64,000 nt of DNA from Antedon mediterranea. Lineage: Eukaryota; Animalia; Echinodermata. The notes under the pieces are model-generated. The model had not been told where the DNA came from. It was given only the letters and a program-made list of their open reading frames with translations, and ran no database searches. How positions within the stretch are numbered: the first letter of the stretch is position 1; every line of letters starts with the position of its first letter. The DNA is taken from assembly GCF_964355755.1 (NCBI RefSeq), contig NC_092673.1, forward strand, positions 21,511,648 to 21,575,647, in the 5' to 3' direction. Of this stretch, positions 1 through 13,079 are shown piece by piece. Position numbers and translations under genes: made by a program.

Positions 1-72
1 CACATATCTATATGTCTATTCATTTTGGTAAAGATCTTGTAATTACTTTTTGAGTAATCCTGCTAACAAACA

Positions 73-760
73 AACTAGCCTTCGCGCATAGCGCGATACT
101 TGGCCAAATAAAAATTGGCCTCCTGACATTGACCCAATTTTCACCAAAAGTGTATGTCTTATGCTGTGTGATTTAGGCTAATTTCACTACTATCATGTGT
201 ATACGAGTTTGGTGTACAGGTTATGTAACCAGCCTTTCAACGAACAATAGCTTTAGTCGGCTAACAATAGAACAGCACGCGGAAAAAACACACGGGTGAA
301 TTTGAAAAGAAATAGGTTTTGTAAACTACTCGCATCAAAAAACCTGTACATTAAATCTAATTATGTTTTAAAATTACAAATCACAAATTATAACACTTGC
401 CTCTTGTACAAAAATGAAGTTTTTTGGACAAGTAGTTCTCGAGAAAATGCAATTTTAGTTTACTTGTTAATTTAAGACTGCTCACCGGATTTTGATAATT
501 CTGTCCAATCTTTTAACACTAGCAGGTCTGAACACAATTTTTAAAAGTGGTCCAGAATTGGGACCGTGGTCCAGATTTTAACCAAAATTTGGCAGTGTCG
601 TCCTTGCACCAGGTGACATGTATGGTAGTAATTTGGAGTCATTCGAACCAAAACTGTGAGCGCTAGAGTGATGACAAACAAACAAACAAACCAACAAACA
701 AACACACACACAAACCAAACAGATCAACATACTTGGCCAATTTTCAATTTGGCCAAGTAA
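73..760 (-). mobile_element. Helentron-associated non-autonomous element (HINE/DINE-1-like), nested in the ACAA tract of a second similar element that ends near 794
   Basis: Left end AACTAG + hairpin CGCGCATAGCGCG + subterminal repeat ATACTTGGCC. Right end has a (CAAA/CA)n microsatellite then ATACTTGGCCAA...TTGGCCAAGTAA. The outer element ends TCCTTGGCGGAGGTAAA. This asymmetric subTIR/hairpin/microsatellite layout is typical of HINEs. Confidence 0.6.
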
Positions 761-1954
761 CAAACACACGCTACCAATTCCTTGGCGGAGGTAAATAAAT
801 AAAATTTAAGTAATTTGATTATTATACTTTATGAGATATTATTACATAAATATAAAATGTATTGTTTGATTTAGTGTGCTATAAGTAATACGTTTAAAGA
901 CCTTTTAATTAAAATTAGGACAGAAAGGTGCCCCAAAATGGCAATGGTAACCAAACCAAACCCTACTAATTTACATTGTTGATCCTACAACTTTTTGTGA
1001 TAAAACAATTATTGAAAGTGTATGAAGATTTTTCTTCTCTTGTTGAGTTATTTTGTACATTATATGGAGGTAATAAGCCCTCACTAATTTGGTTAATTTG
1101 CATGTGGCCATAGAATATAAAATGCATAAATATGTTTAAGATAAGATGAGTTTTATTGATCCTCAAAAAGGAAATTCATTCGTAAATTTAAAAAAAAATT
1201 GATTTTTGTGTTGGTCAAATGTGTTGACACTGAACAATATCTAAGAGGTATTTAAATAATCTAATAAACTAATTTACTATCAATTTCTATCAAATTATAA
1301 ACAAAAAATTTTCTTTTTTCTTTTAAAAATAAAAACGTCAATGCTGCCCTTTTGGTAAAAATTAATATCATTTAAAGTGTATATTTAGTTTTGTATATTT
1401 CAATTTTATATAGTAAATATTTATTGTACATAATCCTGTATGTATATACTTGTAAGATGTTCATGTTATAAATAGGGCATTACTGGAATTAGACATAAAT
1501 ATGTTTTCTCCATGTAATGAGATAGAATACGGTGTCATCATATCTTAACTGTAGCTAGTGGATTTTCAATTAAAAGAATCTTACTCATCTCATCAATCTT
1601 TCTTTTGTTCAATAAAATATTACAATAGATCGTTGATATTGACAAAAATATTATACTCAAGCCCGTAGCCAGGGAGGTTCGTAGGGTTCGAACGAACCCC
1701 CTTTTTCCTGAAGTGCCCTTTTCAAACCAGACTAGCCTCGGCATAGGCCTAGCCCATATGATGATTTTTTACATTTTCTGTAGTATAGCCAGCAGGCAAA
1801 TGTTACTTTTATTACTAAATAGCAAGATCGTATCATAAAATAGCTAGGCTAGTAATCCCGCCGTTTCCAGTGTATTTTCAATTTTCAATTTATTTTACAA
1901 TGAAAATGATGGTTTTACATCATTTGCCGTCTCTGTCTTTAGTATTAGTATTTA

Positions 1955-2074
1955 CTATTAGCAAAGAACTTATATGTTATAAGTTCTTTGCTATTAGCCC
2001 CGCAAAAGAAGTTAGTTCATTCATGGATTAATCCATGGTTCATTCAGGGAGTTGTAACAACTCTCTGGTTCATT
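1955..2074. repeat. Three micro-palindromes (29, 16 and 23 bp) each bracketed by 7-bp direct repeats
   Basis: CTATTAG|CAAAGAACTTATATGTTATAAGTTCTTTG|CTATTAG (1962-1990). GTTCATT|CATGGATTAATCCATG|GTTCATT|CAGGGAGTTGTAACAACTCTCTG|GTTCATT (2022-2037, 2045-2067). Confidence 0.85.
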
Positions 2075-2402
2075 TTAGTTACACTGCGCACGTGTTGCTT
2101 TTCGTAGGGGACGTTCGCCATTTGTGGTGTGTGGTATATGGTTAGTCTAGGCCTGCTTACATAGGGAGTTCTAATTAAGAACTCCTTGCTTAATCACTTG
2201 ATCCTACTTGCGTAGGTCTCCTCTTTGTGACCATCACTCTTTTTACACAATAAAAGGGAATTTCCGAAAGCGATCAGTCCATCATTTTTACGGATCGCCT
2301 GCGCTGCGCGATCGAGTTCCTCAAACCAGCAATTAACGTCGCTAAACCAAATGATTTCTTTTATTAAACAAATCAATTTTTATGTAAAAAAATATAGTTG
2401 TT

Positions 2403-3276
2403 ATGCGCGATTTGAACGATTTGCGCAATTTGAAATTGCGCAAAAAAATCCTTGCGCAATTTGAAATTGCGCAAAGAATTCTTGCGCAATTTAAAATTGC
2501 GCAAGGATTTTTTTGCGCAATTTCTAATTGCGCAATCAACTTGCGCAATTTCAAATTGCGCAAGAAAATCTTTGCGCAATTTTAAATTGCGCTGCACAAT
2601 TTGTAAATTGCGCAAGATAGTTCTTGCGCAATATGACACCTTTGCGCAATTTGAAAACGAACTGTAAATTTTCAAATTGCGCAACAAAATTCTACCAGGC
2701 AATCGGTATTATAATAATTTATTGGAAACTAAATAACTCAAATAAAACATAATAAATGCGAAGATAACATGTGTATAATAAATACATAACATTTATTATT
2801 ACAATTAAATAATATTATCACTGTAACTTGAAATAAATCAAAATAAATGTAAAAATTAAGTTTTTAATATTAGTTTAAGCTAGGCCATGTAACCTAGTCA
2901 GTATCAGTAGTCCAGACCCTAGCTAGGCTAGAGTAGTAGTATAGCCGGCCGCCCGCGCCGCGCCCGCCTGGTGGAACACCACCGCTTCGTTTTCCTTCGT
3001 CGGTTCTTCGACGGTATGCTAACTTATAACAATATTTGCACTACTAAAATAAGGAAATGCGATATTTATCTTTAATTTTGAATCATTCTTAGAAATTACT
3101 ATATAAATATGGGTGTGCATGATTTCACAATCTGTCGAAAAACCTTGCGCAGTTTGCAGATTACTTGCGCAATTTAATACGTTGCTTGCGCAATTTGAAA
3201 CACATGTTTCAATTCAAATTGCGCAAGGATTTTTTTTGCGCAATTTCAAATTGCGCAAATCGTTCAAATCGCGCAT
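2403..3276. mobile_element. Non-autonomous TIR element with subterminal TTGCGCAA arrays
   Basis: About 60-bp inverted termini ATGCGCGATTTGAACGATTTGCGCAATTTGAAATTGCGC... / ...GCGCAATTTCAAATTGCGCAAATCGTTCAAATCGCGCAT. Many TTGCGCAA palindromes at both ends. TSD not resolved. Confidence 0.75.
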
Positions 3277-4194
3277 TTAATAAAAAAACAATATTAAATA
3301 ACTTCTTCACACGCACACCACTATGCAAAGCGGCAAAATGTGTCGAGTCAAGGCTAATCGACAGCTAGGCAAGACATTACACTAATACATTAGGCGCAGG
3401 AGCCCCGGATAGCGTTACGAAGTCGTTAACTCTGTCAGCCCATGGTCAACCCAACTAATGTGTTTTTCCCAAGGACAACTTATCAATAACTAAACTTTGT
3501 CACCACCCATAAGTGTGCTGTTCATTTCCTATTGACCAATGAACACCAATGTAACTGGACCTGAGTTTCTTGCTATTCGACCTTGGGTGCAAATTATACA
3601 ATATAATTGATGTTAAGGCCACTGACTACTCTTTTCTGTATAGAAACACTGAATTGACTGAATAATAAGAAAACCCTACAATAATTTCTACTACTACTTG
3701 ATATGGTGTTATACAAGAACTATATTAAAAGAATTGAATGTATGGAGAATGAAAAGTTAAACGTTATAACTTATGTAAAACATCACTTAGATGATATCTA
3801 TCAGATATATCATTTTCTAAAAATTGTTTCATTAGTTAGAATAGATCACGGAAAACCAATACCAATACTGATCTGGACTCGGAAATTCAAAATGTAGCAG
3901 GCAACGTTTCACCAATGAAAACTTTCAAGACAAACAAAGTATCATAATTATCATGATATCCATTTTTATTTAATAACGATAAATGGATATAAATATTTCG
4001 TCTTTTTTGTTATTTTGTGATGGAAAATATATTGAGTGAACATTGGCACTGAGCTTAAATGTTCCCCGTCCCCTTAATGTCCGCTTTATAGGAGTGTCCC
4101 CTCAGTAAAGATTTGCTGTTTTTCCCCTTAATAATAAATTATGATGTCCATCTTATCTCAATTTTAATGTGCTACACCCGATAATAGAATACAC

Positions 4195-4365
4195 ATCTAG
4201 CTCGTGTGTACTTTAAAGAACCTAGTACATCTTTCGAGACGAGTGGAGGGTTACCCCGGGTGTATTAGTACATCACAGCCACTGATCACCAACTGGGCCC
4301 TCTGGGAGACCAGTCTTTGACTGAAGAGGTTACCCAGTATAAATATATATTTCAATTCAATTCAA
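4195..4365 (+). mobile_element. 5'-truncated SINE (Deu/Nin-domain-like) with (TTCAA)n tail
   Basis: TTAAAGAACCTAGTACATCTTTCGAGACGAGTGGAGGGTTACCCCGGGTGT resembles the Deu/Nin SINE core as recalled from memory. Ends in TTCAATTCAATTCAA. Confidence 0.45.
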
Positions 4366-4379
4366 TAGAATAACTGTAC

Positions 4380-6800
4380 AGTAGGCTCCCATTTGATGCA
4401 ATGTGTTACCCAATGTGCTCAATTTGATTGTGCTACCCAAATCCATGCTATCCATTTGAAATAATTTGCTATCCATTTGAAAGAATGTGCTACCCGATAA
4501 TCCGTATAGAATAATGTACAGTACAATTATATCCATTTGATTGTGCTACCTAATGTGCTATCCATTTGAAAGAATGTGCTATCCATTTGAAAGAATGTGC
4601 TACCCGATAATCCGTATAAAATAATGTACAGTACTATATCCATTTGATTGTGCTACCTAATGTGCTATCCATTTGAAAGAATGTGCTACCCGATAATCCT
4701 TATAGAATAATGTACAGTACTATATCCATTTGGCTGTGCTACCTAATGTGCTATCCATTTGAAAGAATGTGCTACCCGATAATCCGTAGGCTATAGAATA
4801 ATGTACAGTACAATTATATCCATTTGATTGTGCCAAATAATGTGCTATCCATTTGAAATAATGTGCTACCCGATAATCCTTATAGAATAATGTACAGTAC
4901 TATATTCATTTGATTGTGCTACCCAATGTGCTATCCATTTGAAATAATGTGCTATCCATTTGAAATAATATGCTATTTGAAAGAATGTGCTACCCGATAA
5001 TCCGTATAGAATAATGTACAGTACAATTACATCCATTTGATTGTGCTACCTAATGTGCTATCCATTTGAAATAATGTGCTATCCATTTGAAAGAATGTGC
5101 TATCCATTTGAAAGAATGTGCTACCCGATAATCCGTATAGAATAATGTACAGTACAGTACTATATCCATTTGAATGTGCTACCCAATGTGCTATCCATTT
5201 GAAAGAATGTGCTATCCATTTGAAAGAATGTGCTACCCGATAATCCGTATAAAATAATGTACAGTACTATATCCATTTGATTGTGCTACCTAATGTGCTA
5301 TCCATTTGAAAGAATGTGCTACCCGATAATCCTTATAGAATAATGTACAGTACTATATCCATTTGGCTGTGCTACCTAATGTGCTATCCATTTGAAAGAA
5401 TGTGCTACCCGATAATCCGTAGGCTATAGAATAATGTACAGTACAATTATATCCATTTGATTGTGCTACCTAATGTGCTATCCATTTGAAGTAATGTGCT
5501 ACCCGATAATCCTTATAGAATAATGTACAGTACTATATCGATTTGATTGTGCTACCCAATGTGCTATCCATTTGAAATAATGTGCTATCCATTTGAAATA
5601 ATGTGCTATTTGAAAGAATGTGCTACCCGATAATCCGTATAGAATAATGTACAGTACAATTACATCCATTTGATTGTGCTACCTAATGTGCTATCCATTT
5701 GAAATAATGTGCTATCCATTTGAAATAATGTGCTATCCATTTGAAATAATGTGCTATCCATTTGAAATAATTTTCTATCCATTTGAAAGAATGTGCTACC
5801 CGATAATCCGTATAGAACAATGTACAGTAGGCCTACTATATCCATTTGACTGTGCTACCTAATGTGCTATCCATTTGAAATAATGTGCTACCCGATAATC
5901 CTTATAGAATAATGTACAGTACTATATCTATTTGATTGTGCTACCCAATGTGCTATCCATTTGAAATAATGTGCTATCCATTTTGAAATAATGTGCTATC
6001 CATTTGAAAGAATGTGCTATCCATTTGAAATAGGCCTAATGTGCTATCCATTTGGAAGAATGTGCTACCCGATAATCATAGAATAATGTACAGTACTATA
6101 TCCATTTGATTGTGCTACCTAATGTGCTATCCATTTGAAAGAATGTGCTACCCGATAATCCTTATAGAATAATGTACAGTACTATATCTATTTGATTGTG
6201 CTACCCAATGTGCTATCCATTTTGAAATAATGTGCTATCCATTTGAAAGAATGTGCTATCCATTTGAAATAGGCCTAATGTGCTATCCATTTGAAAGAAT
6301 GTGCTACCCGATAATCATAGAATAATGTACAGTACTATATCCATTTGATTGTGCTACCTAATGTGCTATCCATTTGAAAGAATGTGCTACCCGATAATCC
6401 TTATAGAATAATGTACAGTACTATATCTATTTGATTGTGCTACCCAATGTGCTATCCATTTGAAATAATGTGCTATCCATTTTGAAATAATGTGCTATCC
6501 ATTTGAAAGAATGTGCTATCCATTTGAAATAGGCCTAATGTGCTATCCATTTGAAAGAATGTGCTACCCGATAATCATAGAATAATGTACAGTACTATAT
6601 CCATTTGATTGTGCTACCTAATGTGCTATCCATTTGAAAGAATGTGCTATCCATTTGAAAGAATGTGCTATCCATTTGAAAGAATGTGCTACCCGATAAT
6701 CCGTATAGAATGCACAGTACAGTTATATCATAGTTATATCCATTTGATTGAACTATCTATTGTGCTATCCGTTTGAACTAATGTGCTGTCTGTTTGAAAT
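4380..6800. repeat. Complex satellite built from 21-bp AATGTGCTATCCATTTGAAA(G/T) subunits with higher-order repeats
   Basis: Units of CCCGATAATCC(G/T)TATAGAATAATGTACAGTAC plus a variable number of 21-mers. Diagnostic variants recur at 633-bp spacing (4732/5365) and 239/260-bp spacing (6032/6271/6531). Confidence 0.95.
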
Positions 6801-7840
6801 AATTCAGGTTTTTTTTTTTAATATGTTTTGCTATCCATTTTAAACGTGCTAAACAAGTTACATATTTGTTGATATAAATTTGCGGTACACCACGTAGGCC
6901 TATATTAGTTCTGAAAAGAACTGTTGAGTTGCTTGACGTTTCGATTTAGGCCTACTCCAAAGTCAAAGTCTCCAAAGCTATTCCATCATGTCGTATTCGG
7001 GGAATCGCCCACAAGTGTTTTCTCAGAGAAGGGTATGTTCTGTATGGGGTTCTGTATGCTATTTGTTAATAATGTACAAAAAATGAAATAAAAAATCCTA
7101 TAATTATCGGTATGTACGGAGGAAGCTCAGAACAAGACGAAGCGCGAAACAAATAAAAGCGCAGCGCGAAACATCTGAAATGATATACATTTTCTCAAAA
7201 CATGAAAACACAGAATATATTATATTAATATAACTTTTTAATATTTCTAAAGGCTCGGACAAGGAAGAAGGGCCTTAAAAAACTGAATTGCTATATGTTA
7301 GACCACATTTCCATAACTTTTCAAAACTCATCGAACCCTCTGCTAGTAGGCCTAATTAATATAGGAGCGTATCGCCAAATCAGTAGAGAAAAAAAAACAT
7401 GGCATGAAGATGTAATTAATCAAACAACGGCCAAAGAATACCAACAATTTTAATTTAGGTTTCGATTCGTAATTACTAATGTGGTGGACTAAGCCTAGTT
7501 TGAAACTATAGTGACCATTTATTTTAGAAAGAAAGATAGACAAATTTGTTTCCATCTCCATGTTATTGTTAATACCAAGGCACTTTTCAATTACAAATTC
7601 TGGCCTAGTATTCTTGCAAGGTCGTCACAGCTCCAGTTACAAAGGTCGTCACAGCTCCAGTTACAAACGGTGATACAAAGTGTCAATCATTTGACCATTG
7701 AACAGCCCACTGGTAGGATAGTCCTTGAAACCGTCCGTAAAACACATTAATCACTCACATCAGTCATGCCGCTAATGGTTGAAAACCTCACTTTTTGGGG
7801 TTTTCAAACGTAACGCTATCCGGGGCTCCTGCGCCTAATG

Positions 7841-10800
7841 AGTCCGGTGGCAGGAGGGGGGAATCACCACCCGAAAGGGGACAAATTTCCATCCAACTTT
7901 TCTAGACTAGAATTTTCCGTAGATTACGAATATGGAAGGTAATCGATCAGGATAGGAAGCGTTTTCGAGATATAAGGGGTCAAAGTTCAAAATTGACCAA
8001 TTACAACAATGTATTATGTATATGTATTATAACAAATTTATTGAAGCACAATTTGGTCTTTTATTAAATTTTTATGATTATAAGTGTCTATTCAATCACC
8101 TTATGAAAAAAAATCCTTTGTGATTAAGGGTCAAATGTCAATATTGACCAATCATAGAACGTACCTATAAAACCAAATAAAAACTAATATTTAATAAAAA
8201 TTGGATGTTTTCTCATCCTGTTAATCAATCATACGCAATGTAAAAGAGCGAATACATCATTTCATCAGTTGACATAAGGTCAATTTCATCAGTTGAAATA
8301 AGGTCAAAGGTCAACATTTTAATACGCGTATTAGTTAACAAATAAATGCAACGTTGTCCAAACTATGATATTGATGGTTTTACAAGTAATCAAATTATTT
8401 GATTAGTAAAGTTATGTTATTTCATTATAATACTGTATTTAATCAAATCAGACTTCGATCAGGATAGGAAGCGAATAGGAAGAGATAACGGGTCAAAGTT
8501 CAAAATTGACCAATTATAACAATGTATTATATACATGTATTATAACCAATTTATTAAAGTTCAATTTGGTCTTTTAATACATTTGTATGGTTATAGGTAT
8601 TGTATGGTGTTATTCAGTCGCCTTATAAAACAAATACTTTGCAATTAAAGGTCAAATGTCAAATGTCAATATTGACCAATCACACAATTTGCATTTAAAA
8701 CCAAATAAAAACTAACATTTAAGACAAAATGTTATGTTTTATCATTATCGTTAAGACATCTATCAATCATACAAAATCAAAAGAGCACATTTATCATTAC
8801 ACAAGTTGACATTGGTCAAAGGTCAACATGTGAATAAATGATATACTAAATAATGCAAAGTTATTCAAACTATGAGATCGATGTTCATAAATGTAATCAC
8901 GTTATTTTATCAGTGAAGTTATGGTATTTTTATATTTTTTCTAGTGCGCATTATTTTAAATGTATTAATTATAATACTGTAAAATAAATAATAAAATTAA
9001 TATTATGACGATTAAAATGTTATGATGTTAAAATGTTGCGCTGACCTTCAATGATTTGCCACTGTACAGTTGCATTTATTAGGGCTACAATATTCGTTTT
9101 TGGAAAATAAACTACTATTCATCAGAACCAGAGAATACCAATTCGTACAGCCTGGATAGGGCATAGGCAGATCCAGGTGGCCAAACTCAATCCACAACTC
9201 ACTACACAGACAGACCACAATTTGTATATAGTTTGGCCCATACAGGAAAGAGTTTCCTGTATACAAAGGATTCTAAAATAACCTATATGGATTTGCCCGA
9301 ATGAACCCTCTAAGGACCCTTTTGGGATCTCTATGTGGTGTGCTACATAAGGCCCTGTATTAGAAATTAGTATGGGGTAAATAGTTCATAGATGAACTAT
9401 GGAATAAAACTAAATGTGCACCCTCAATCCTTAAATAACATTTATGGATTTGCCCAAATGAACCCAAGGGCCGGTCGTTCTCTATGGATGGACATTAAGC
9501 CCCATAATGGAAATATAAGGGGTGAGTTCATATAGACAGGCGCGGCCCATGAATTAAGCTGCCTGTGCACTCTCGATCATTAAGAAAAATTTATGGATTT
9601 TCCCAAATTAACCCAAAGGCCGGTCCTCCATGGACATTAAGCCCCATAATAGAAATATAATGGGTGACACTGTGGGTTTATATAGACAGGCACATGGAAT
9701 TAAGCTGCCTGTGCACTCTCGATCCTTAAGGAACACTTATGGATTTACCCAAATTAACCCCAAAGGCCGGTCCTCCATGGATGGACATTAAGCCCCATAA
9801 TGGACATAAGGGGTGACACTGTGGGTTCATAATAGACAGGCGGGGCCCATGGAATAAAGCTGCCTTGCACTCTCGATCCTTAAGGAACACTTATGGATTT
9901 GCCCAAATTAACCCAAGGGCCGGTCATCCATGGACATTAGGCCTCATAATGGAAATATAAGGGGTGACAATGTGGGTTTATATAGACAGGCACATGGAAT
10001 AAAGCTGCCTGTGCACTCTCGATCCTTAAGGAACCGATTTGGATTTTGCCTAAAATGAAACAACAGCAGGTCATCTATTTAGACCCTTCTGTGGTTCTCT
10101 ACTACTGTATGTTCAGTTCTACATTATGATTTGGCTCCTGTATCGGATCAATGCATTTGGCTACATAAGTTACTGTGTTAGAAATATATCGGGTAACTAA
10201 AACTGTAGGTTCTAATATTAAGCCATGGGAAAAGCCTGTCTGTGCACCCTCAATCCTTTTAAAAGGAACCCATATGGATTTGCCAAAATGAACCAAGGGT
10301 AACTTCTGAATTCTCTATGAGCCGTACATTCCGTTTATTGGAGATACATGGAAACCTGATTGAAATTACTCAAAAGAAAGACATTGTACTTATAGTAATA
10401 GTATTATTCCCCTTCCACACCTCTTGAATTAAATCCGCCCTGATAGGCTCTTATGTACAGGATTTCAAGGCAATAATCACACTTGTATTTTTCAAACAGT
10501 ATAATCTATTAGATTGAATAAAAATATCTATTATGAACAATTTGCCGTTAGAAATCTCTATGCCATGTCGTTATTTAGATGAGAAAAACAGGTCAAAGGT
10601 TAAAATTACAGAAAAATAGGTGTTTCAGTCACTTTTTGAAAAAAATGTTGCATTATGGCAAGTATAAACATATATATTGTGAACAATTTGACACCAAAAT
10701 TGGCTTCTTACGACAAATATTTATTAATTTATGTTTTTATAACCTTATTCAATTATGTCAAAGGTTAATAACCACACTTCCGGTCATTTTCAAGCAATAT

Positions 10801-11195
10801 CATCTGTTATACTGAGGGAACAATTTGCTACTATTTTTAATTCTCTTCGACCTATCGTTACTTAGATATAGCAAAAAGAGGTCAAAGGTCAAAATTGCTA
10901 ACAATGGGGTTTCCGGTCAATTTTTCAAAGAAAGTTCTGTTAGAGCTAATATAAACATATACATTGTGAACAATTTGACACCAAAATTATCTCACTACGT
11001 CCAGAAGTTCCAGAGATATAGCATGTTTTTATATTGGTCAATTTTGAACTTTGACCCCTTATATCTCGAAAACGCTTCCTATCCTGATCGATTACCTTCC
11101 ATATTCGTAATCTACGGAAAATTTTGGTCTAGAAAAGTTGGATGGCAATTTGTCCCCTTTCGGGTGGTGATATCCCACCTCCTGCCACCGGACTA
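7841..11195. mobile_element. Academ-like non-autonomous element with about 160-bp TIRs
   Basis: AGTCCGGTGGCAGGAG...TTGACCAAT (7841-8001) is the near-perfect reverse complement of about 11032-11194, ending CCACCGGACTA. TAGT..ACTA-type termini suggest Academ. Internal ~500-bp duplication (about 7945-8960) and ~120-160-bp tandem units (about 9280-10330). Confidence 0.75.
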
Positions 11196-11764
11196 GCCCA
11201 AAGAAAGCTTAGACCCACAAGAATAAAGAATGTGTATGATTTGTGTACTTATTTTTTTAATTCTGCTATTTTATTATCAAACAATATGCATGTACTCAAA
11301 GGAACTTTAAAAATGCGCGTATATGAACACATGAGATGGGAAGATTAGACCCACGAGAATAAAAAATGTATTTTTGTGTAATGTTTATTGTTTAATTGTG
11401 ACCTAGCTACACACACACGTCACACATACCCACACAGCTACTACTAGAATAGACATGGGTTTAGAGACAAATAATTAATTAGGCCTAATAGTATTAATAG
11501 AAACTATAATTTTAACATGAGGGGGTCTCCAACTTATGTACGAAAAAAAAATCGCACCCCGGGTGGGAGTTGGGGGTCATTATTTCCTCGAAAACACAAG
11601 GAGACGTGATGTACTGAAACATGCCAGGTAAGGTGTGTGTAGGGCACAGTCAAGTCGGACAGCAACAGTTTGGTATGGTGCCGCGGTGCGGTGTACAGTA
11701 TCAGGCATATTTTCTACCAAACATCCTGATATTTTCAATAACACTAATTTCCAAGCATCTAGCG

Positions 11765-13079
11765 CAGAGGGGCGGACCCAGGGGTGTTGCCTTAGTGGCC
11801 CGGGCAACACCCTTAATTTCATACTAAATGTTGTTTCTGCCACTAAATTAAAATTGAGTCCCATTTATTTTTTATTTTTTTTTATTTTAAATGGAACGCT
11901 ACAAAAACAATCCTCCGCTTTATCACTGCATAAATACCAGACAAGGTCGTATCTTTGTTACGTTTTAAATCAATCCATTTTGATATCACGCAATCCATTT
12001 TTCAACAATGGTAGTACCTGTATAATCATTTTTGATTGAATAGTGAGGGATTAGTTACAGTGTGTAACTTAAATCTTAAATAAACCATTGGTAATTTACT
12101 AAAAATCCAAAATGAACTTGTGTTATAATACAAGCAATAAAAACTATCACAGATTACCTCTAATGGATCAAGCATTCACATATGAACTTTGCGACAAAAC
12201 AAAAATATAGCTTATATTCATTCCTTTTAAATATTAGGCATATTACCAAGGCTAATAATCGATTTGTCCATAATTATTGCGTTTTGCCGGGGGTTTTCCA
12301 TAATCTAAGGCCAATTTTTAGGCCAAATCATAATTGTCATGCGTATAGTTTTTTTCCGATGCGTATAGTACCCTATTTATCTTCACTTCCATACGTCCGT
12401 AAATATTAGGCCGAATTTCCGTAGTAATTTATGGAAGTCCCGAAATTTGAACCGTGTTATACCGGTAGCAGAGCAAAGTTTGCTTCCTTCTGCAAATTTC
12501 ATATCATAATTTTCTTTGTTTTAATTTGGAGTGTGGTTTAAACAACACTTTTTTAAAGTTTATAATGGATAAATAAAAAATGAATTTTTGAAATTGTGGT
12601 TTTAACATCTGACTTTATTTAGCATTTAATTGAAAATAACACAATTTAACGTTTTGCGCAATATATTTATAGCAGCAGCTTCATATTTTTTGTATAACTT
12701 TTTGAAATTATTAGTTGCTAATAAATTTACAATAATTGAGTACAGTTATTAGAATGTAATACCGTACCAGAAGTACCTTCATCGGGAACTTCCCCGTGAC
12801 GTTCGCATTGAACGAAAACAAAAATGTTATCCTATAGGCCTATTGTTAGTCGCGTATGTTTTATTACCGGTCGAATAACATTATGCTACGATCCTCTGTT
12901 TGCTAGCGCACTATAGAGTGAGTGACATTTCCGTCGAACTAGAGGTGCAATTTATTATGAATTTTACGTTTGTAGGGGTGTCATTTAACAATTTTCTTGC
13001 TCAAATACTCATTGTCTACAGCACTGGAGTCTTTGGGCAATTCTCTTAAAATAGTCCTGCAAGTCTGCGACCGCCCCTG
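11765..13079. mobile_element. Nested non-autonomous hAT5-like element (5-bp TSD)
   Basis: Termini CAGAGGGGCGGACC / GCGACCGCCCCTG. TSD TAGCG at 11760-11764 and 13080-13084. Confidence 0.7.

Larger units (their letters stand above)
3388..7840. mobile_element. Non-autonomous TIR element carrying a satellite array and a SINE fragment
   Basis: Perfect 32-bp TIR CATTAGGCGCAGGAGCCCCGGATAGCGTTACG (3388) and its reverse complement ending at 7840. Exact terminus and TSD are ambiguous. Confidence 0.8.

Noticed and set aside
2194-2376. 60-aa minus-strand ORF resembling a captured exon
   Set aside because: No recognisable homology and no convincing donor site.
2342-3368. Overlapping RNLKLRK/AQFEI ORFs
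   Set aside because: Translations of palindromic TTGCGCAA subterminal repeats.
5660-5862. Repetitive ORFs (FQMDSTL / MCYPFEI)
   Set aside because: Translation of the 21-bp satellite subunit.
10579-11348. ORFs in the Academ-like element as a possible transposase
   Set aside because: Short, overlap the TIR, and have no transposase motifs.
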